Shown piece after piece: positions 32,520 through 37,149 of a stretch of 37,149 nucleotides of DNA. Source of the stretch: a virus; UHGV virus genome UHGV-0075871. One strand, given 5' to 3'. Position numbers and translations under genes: made by a program. The notes beneath the pieces were generated by a model. The model was not told where the DNA came from and ran no database searches. It worked only from the letters and a program-made list of their open reading frames with translations. Numbering within the stretch: the stretch's first letter is position 1; each line of letters starts with the position of its first letter.

Positions 32520-35126
32520 ATGACGGTCTCAACCGAAGTTGACCACAACGAATACACCGGTAACGGCGTTACGACATCGTTTCCGTATGCCTTTAGGGTT
32601 TTCAATAAATCTGATTTGATTGTGCAGGTTGTTGATATTCATGAAAATATCACCGTACTGACTCTTGATACTGATTATATAGTTACCGGGGCCGGAGGAT
32701 ACAATGGTGGAAATGTAATATTGTCGAAGGCGTTGGCCAATGGCTATAAGATTTCTATATCACGAGAGCTACCGGTTACACAGGAAACTGATCTGCGCAA
32801 TCAGGGTAAGTTCTTTGCGGAAGTGCATGAGGATGCTTTTGATAAGCTAACGATGCTGATCCAGTTAGTCAAAAGCATGGCTCGGCTGGCTCTTCGTAAA
32901 CCATCATTTAGTGCCACTTACTACGATGCACTCGGCAATCGTATTCGTAACCTTGATGATCCATTATTTCCTCAGGACGCTTCCACGAAGAAATATACAG
33001 ACTCATCTATCAAAGGAGTTATTAACAGCAACATATCTAAAACACTCCGCTTCCCTGAGATAGTAAGCGAAATGGCATCAGCATCTTCTAGGGCAAACTC
33101 AATTCAGGGGTATGACAGTTTAGGACGTCCTGTTCCTATTTTTTCAATTACAGATACTGCTGATTTATGCCTTAAGCTAGCAAGTGTCAACGGATCATCA
33201 TACGTTGGTACCAGATTTGGTGATACACTTGAACAGACGCTAAATAGTACTCAGTTCATTAATTCCTGCAGTTTAGTCACATCTAAAACACTTGAGAGAT
33301 TATCAAGGCCTAACTCAAAAATAGTGTTAGTTGGTGACAGCTTAAGTGCCCCATATAATATAAGCACAGTGGATCGATCAAGCATTTTTGCCGCTCATCT
33401 TAAGAGAGTTTTGCAAGAGAAATTCCCAAGTTCTACTTTATTTAACAGAGCAATTGGTGGAATGAGGTACTATGACCTTGGAAAAGATACACCAGCAATT
33501 ACTTCTTATAACTCACAGTACCCATGGTATTCAGACACGAACAGACGCTGGATTGATTACATTCGTGATATTAACCCTGATGTTGTTATTATTGCTTTTG
33601 GCATGAATGACGGAGATGGTTGGGATGTTGGTAACTTCCCGCAGAAAACTTTTTTTAAATTGATGGCTGAACTGAATGATATTACTTCAATGCCTGAAAT
33701 TGTTTTTTGTACAAATATCCTCCCATCAAGTACCACAAGTGACTCTGAATTTAGCAGTTTAGAAGCTCAGAATGGACGAAACGCAATGGCAGGATGGACT
33801 CGTTCATATGCGCAGTATGTTGGCGCTGGGCTTATTGATTTTAATCGTTACTTTAATGCAGTACGTGATGGGGTTGATGTGGTTTCTGGTAATTATGTGA
33901 GGGCAACTATTTCAAAAGATGTTACATTGCCTTATGAATATGAAGATTTATCATATTCTTACTCCGTAAGGATTCAATTTGTAGATATTGAAATCCTTAG
34001 TTCTGGGATTCAATTCCAATTGTCTTCATACCATAATAATTTCATTAACTTGAAATATACAGGCTCTGCCTTTGAAACCACACACTATACTGCATCAACA
34101 GGGACTGTAGGTGTTTTTATGCGCAATATTGTTAAATTATCTGCTCCACTTGGTTTGTTTTCAGTTGAATTTAAACTTATTGGAAACTTCGTTGAGATAA
34201 CACTTAACGATAACGAAATACTATTCAGTAGTAATATTGTAAGGTTTGGTGGTTTATTTTATCCTCGCATCGGTGGTTCAGGGAACTGCAAAATTGATAT
34301 GCAGCCGATGATTCCTGTTAAGCTTAAAAAGTCAATGACTAACGAAGATGTTTATTCGCCTGGTAGTGGTAATAATAAGAATCACCCAACAGCTTATGCA
34401 AGCTCTAGAATATATCCACCGGTTCTTGATGGATGCTTTAATAGCATTTTCTTTAAAGAGATGAAAACTGATGGCGTTTACCTTGATTTTATCACAGGAC
34501 AATATGAAATAGTTAATAGCTATTCTCCCAACTTATCTAAAAAAGGAAACGTATCTGATATTCTTTCCTTTGTTTCAGGTGACCTTATTTATTCCTATTC
34601 ATCAGATATTTTAGAAGGGGCTGTTTTTGGTTCCGCAAATAAATGCTATATAGACAGTAATAAGTTTTTGCTAGCTAATCAGAAATTAAGAGGGATTACT
34701 GTTATTGTTGAGGGGAAACAATATGCAGGTGGAGAATTGGCGTATTATGTCACACTTGGTGAGGGGTTAACTGGTAACCGTCTGCATATGACAATAACCG
34801 ATAATAATATTCCACGCTGTACTGCAGTGATGAATGGAGTATCTTCTGATCTTATCGGTTCAAATTCGTTTCAGGTAAACCCATCTATTTTTCACAAACA
34901 TACTAGTTCAATCGATGTCAATAATGGAATTCATTCTATGGCATACGATAATCACATGGCCTCTGGTAACATTGCAGAAACTGAAATATCTGAACTTACT
35001 CAGGATATTGTATCTAAAATAAAACTTGGTTATGCAAGTGAAACGACTTCTGGAGTTGATGTTGTTATTGCCAGAGTGCAGGTTATTTTTGATGGATTAA
35101 CATCATCTGGAGTTTGCAGGAAATAA
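32520..35126 (+). CDS. tailspike / tail fibre protein with central SGNH (GDSL)-like hydrolase domain
   Basis: 868 aa; conserved-looking N-terminal particle-binding region; KIVLVGDSLSAPYN (GDS block) and IIAFGMNDG (G-x-N-D block) about 80 aa apart; AT-rich distal two-thirds typical of exchanged receptor-binding modules; no clear D-x-x-H block seen. Confidence 0.75.
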   Translation: MTVSTEVDHNEYTGNGVTTSFPYAFRVFNKSDLIVQVVDIHENITVLTLDTDYIVTGAGGYNGGNVILSKALANGYKISISRELPVTQETDLRNQGKFFAEVHEDAFDKLTMLIQLVKSMARLALRKPSFSATYYDALGNRIRNLDDPLFPQDASTKKYTDSSIKGVINSNISKTLRFPEIVSEMASASSRANSIQGYDSLGRPVPIFSITDTADLCLKLASVNGSSYVGTRFGDTLEQTLNSTQFINSCSLVTSKTLERLSRPNSKIVLVGDSLSAPYNISTVDRSSIFAAHLKRVLQEKFPSSTLFNRAIGGMRYYDLGKDTPAITSYNSQYPWYSDTNRRWIDYIRDINPDVVIIAFGMNDGDGWDVGNFPQKTFFKLMAELNDITSMPEIVFCTNILPSSTTSDSEFSSLEAQNGRNAMAGWTRSYAQYVGAGLIDFNRYFNAVRDGVDVVSGNYVRATISKDVTLPYEYEDLSYSYSVRIQFVDIEILSSGIQFQLSSYHNNFINLKYTGSAFETTHYTASTGTVGVFMRNIVKLSAPLGLFSVEFKLIGNFVEITLNDNEILFSSNIVRFGGLFYPRIGGSGNCKIDMQPMIPVKLKKSMTNEDVYSPGSGNNKNHPTAYASSRIYPPVLDGCFNSIFFKEMKTDGVYLDFITGQYEIVNSYSPNLSKKGNVSDILSFVSGDLIYSYSSDILEGAVFGSANKCYIDSNKFLLANQKLRGITVIVEGKQYAGGELAYYVTLGEGLTGNRLHMTITDNNIPRCTAVMNGVSSDLIGSNSFQVNPSIFHKHTSSIDVNNGIHSMAYDNHMASGNIAETEISELTQDIVSKIKLGYASETTSGVDVVIARVQVIFDGLTSSGVCRK

Positions 35127-35289
35127 ATTTTGGCAACTAATAAACATCCTTACATTTATGGTTGTTTATGAATATTGTCATCAAAAACCAATGAATTGAT
35201 AGTTATTTCAGAATATCTGATGGTTAAACATATATGGTTTGTTGTGTGTGGTGATCTGTAAGTGAAGAGGTTCGATATGTACAAAAAAA

Positions 35290-35706
35290 ATGGTGTGTGC
35301 TATGTCGGTTAACATAACAACTGAGTCTTTAAATCAATGGCTTAGTGTGAGCTCTCTTGCTGCGGTTATCGTAGGCGTTCCGCCAGAGGTGGCGCTCGGT
35401 GCTCTTGCTGGTGCGGTAATTTTTGTTACCTCTGCGGTAGAGTATCCAATTCGTCGTCGCGTACTCTTGTCGATGCTCAGCTTTCTCTGCGGACTTCTTT
35501 TCTACAAACCAGCAGCATCAATTCTTATCGGCATAGCCAGCCTGATCCCTACCATCACGCAGGACTCTTTTGAAAAAGGTATTGTTTTCTCTGCTGGCGC
35601 ATTCGTGTCAGCAATTGTCGCTGTGCGTATTGGTATATGGCTCTACCACCGTTCAGACAATCCACGCGATTTAATTCCGGGGAGAAAAGACGATGGTAAC
35701 GCATGA
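35290..35706 (+). CDS. holin-like membrane protein
   Basis: 138 aa with about three hydrophobic helices and a charged C-terminus; first gene of the lysis cassette. Confidence 0.5.
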   Translation: MVCAMSVNITTESLNQWLSVSSLAAVIVGVPPEVALGALAGAVIFVTSAVEYPIRRRVLLSMLSFLCGLLFYKPAASILIGIASLIPTITQDSFEKGIVFSAGAFVSAIVAVRIGIWLYHRSDNPRDLIPGRKDDGNA

Positions 35707-36001
35707 GTTTTTTTTGCTTATCACCAATGCAGTTATTTGTACTGGCATAGCAATTCGCGTTGTCACATTCCGGCGTAACGGCTCTCAACATCGAAGATGG
35801 GGAGGGTGGCTTGCTTATTTCCTTATTGTTGCTGCGGCCAGTATTCCTGTTCGTGTCGTCTATGCAATCTGGTTACGCACGCCAATGGCTGTGGATTTAT
35901 CTGAGGTCATTATCAACGCTGTCATGCTTGCCGCGGTTATTAAAACACGCGGTAACGTTGTTCAGATTTTCAAAATATCGAGGTCTAAACATGGAGATTA
36001 A
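35693..36001 (+). CDS. second small membrane protein of the lysis cassette (holin/antiholin-like)
   Basis: 102 aa, about three hydrophobic helices; overlaps the holin-like gene end and the endolysin start. Confidence 0.45.
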   Translation: MVTHEFFLLITNAVICTGIAIRVVTFRRNGSQHRRWGGWLAYFLIVAAASIPVRVVYAIWLRTPMAVDLSEVIINAVMLAAVIKTRGNVVQIFKISRSKHGD

Positions 36002-36620
36002 ACAATTCCAGCGAGCTGCTGGTATTAGCGAGGCGCTGGCCGCACGCTGGTTCTCGCATATAACTTCTGCGATGAAAGAGTTTGGTATCAGCAAACCAGA
36101 AGATCTGGCAATGTTTATTGCTCAGGTCGGGCATGAATCTGTGGGCTTCACCAGATTGCAGGAGAATTTCAACTACAGTGTCAGCGGTCTGGCTAACTTC
36201 GTTCGGGCTGGGCGTCTCACTCAGGGGCAGGCTAATGCACTGGGTCGCCGTGCTGGTGAACCACCATTGCCACTCGAGCGCCAGCGAGCGATCGCCAATC
36301 TGGTGTACAGCAAACGCATGGGGAACAATTCCCCTGGTGACGGCTGGAATTACCGAGGCCGTGGACTTATCCAGATTACCGGTTTGAATAACTATCGTGA
36401 CTGCGGAAACGGCCTGAAAGTGGACCTGCTGGAGAATCCTGAACTGTTAGCGCAGGACGAATATGCGGCTCGTAGCGCGGCGTGGTTCTTCTCCAGCAAA
36501 GGTTGCATGAAGTATACCGGCGATATTGCACGTGTAACTTTGATTATCAATGGTGGCAGGAACGGCATCGACGACCGGAGAGCGCGGTACATCACTGCCA
36601 GTAAGGTGCTGGCGGTATGA
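35991..36620 (+). CDS. endolysin, glycoside hydrolase family 19 (chitinase-like) type
   Basis: ORF track 35760..36620; start moved to MEIKQFQ with [21 protein letters not shown] and [15 protein letters not shown] match GH19 endolysin signatures. Confidence 0.8.
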   Translation: MEIKQFQRAAGISEALAARWFSHITSAMKEFGISKPEDLAMFIAQVGHESVGFTRLQENFNYSVSGLANFVRAGRLTQGQANALGRRAGEPPLPLERQRAIANLVYSKRMGNNSPGDGWNYRGRGLIQITGLNNYRDCGNGLKVDLLENPELLAQDEYAARSAAWFFSSKGCMKYTGDIARVTLIINGGRNGIDDRRARYITASKVLAV

Positions 36621-37099
36621 TCTGGGCATTCGTAAAAGCATACTGGAAACAGTTGCTTATCGTGGCGGTGCTTGCTGTTCTGGTCATATCAGGGGTTGTT
36701 GCCTGGAATGTACACGGTAGTCGTCAGTACGACGCCGGGTATGCACAGGCGAAAGAAGACCGCAAAACCGAAGATGAGAGAGTTCGTCAGCACTACGAAC
36801 AGGAGAAATCGATCAATGAACGTGAAGCGCAGCAGAGGATCGACCAGGCGCGCAATGATGCTCTTGATGCTGCCGCTCGCGCTGGCCGGTTGCAGCAACA
36901 GCTCGTTGCCATCCGTGAGCAGCTCAGGCAGTATAACGCCATTGTCGGCGCTGGGACGTCAGCCGCAGACACCGGAGTTTTGCTTGCCGACGTGCTCAGT
37001 AAATCTCTCGAGAGAAACAGACAACTGGCAGAGTATGCTGACCGGGCAGCCGAAGCCGGAAGAGTCTGTGAAAAACAGTACGACACCCTGACCAGATAG
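36617..37099 (+). CDS. Rz: i-spanin (Rz-like)
   Basis: 160 aa; N-terminal TM helix then Gln/Arg/Glu-rich coiled-coil region; ATGA overlap with the endolysin gene. Confidence 0.7.
   Translation: MIWAFVKAYWKQLLIVAVLAVLVISGVVAWNVHGSRQYDAGYAQAKEDRKTEDERVRQHYEQEKSINEREAQQRIDQARNDALDAAARAGRLQQQLVAIREQLRQYNAIVGAGTSAADTGVLLADVLSKSLERNRQLAEYADRAAEAGRVCEKQYDTLTR
36816..37091 (+). CDS. Rz1: o-spanin (Rz1-like lipoprotein) embedded in the +1 frame of the i-spanin gene
   Basis: Internal ATG with AGGAG upstream gives [26 protein letters not shown]...: basic n-region, hydrophobic core, lipobox L-A-G-C; Pro-rich mature region; wholly inside the Rz-like gene. Confidence 0.6.
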   Translation: MNVKRSRGSTRRAMMLLMLPLALAGCSNSSLPSVSSSGSITPLSALGRQPQTPEFCLPTCSVNLSRETDNWQSMLTGQPKPEESVKNSTTP

Positions 37100-37149
37100 C
37101 ATGGCATTTTTCATGGTACTGATTTCCGGTGACGGTATATAAAACGGTA

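Noticed and set aside
33300-33900. Assigning a definite enzymatic activity (O-antigen deacetylase) to the tailspike SGNH-like domain
   Set aside because: Only two of the conserved SGNH blocks were seen and no clear D-x-x-H block, so the domain is reported as SGNH-like with activity unproven.
1-37149. Integrase, attachment sites, CRISPR arrays, insertion sequences
   Set aside because: No tyrosine or serine recombinase-like ORF, no terminal direct repeats flanking the region, no regularly spaced repeat-spacer arrays and no transposase-like ORF with inverted repeats were seen; the tRNA sits mid-genome and is not an att remnant.

Overview
The window reads as most of a temperate enterobacterial-style phage (prophage) genome with a mosaic layout. 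All calls rest on reading the sequence and translated ORFs by eye; no database search was possible, and hand-counted coordinates of short motifs may be off by 1-2 nt. Left to right: a leftward early operon (MT-A70/Dam-like methyltransferase, AlpA-like regulator, Bet-like annealing protein plus PD-(D/E)xK exonuclease); an immunity region (two-HTH repressor with no S24 peptidase motif, divergent Cro-like gene); lambda-like O/P replication genes with iterons inside the O-like gene; several small early genes (Ea22-like, DUF551-like, ASCH-like); small and large terminase; an AT-rich insertion carrying a membrane/coiled-coil gene and a tRNA-Arg(UCU); a podovirus-type virion module (portal, scaffold, major capsid, T7-like tail tubular A/B, three large ejection proteins); small membrane proteins; a second AT-rich moron; two antirepressor-type genes, one behind a LexA box; a tailspike with an SGNH/GDSL-like domain; and a lysis cassette (holin-like, GH19 endolysin, Rz with embedded Rz1). 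The most unusual signal is a 15-bp palindrome TTACC-N5-GGTAA present as 9 perfect copies plus variants in essentially every promoter-like intergenic region, pointing to a genome-wide operator network. Candidate undescribed loci are the terminase-portal insertion (moron plus tRNA), the second moron with a 10-codon leader ORF and hairpin, and a structured RNA element between the antirepressor genes. No integrase, att site or CRISPR array was seen.
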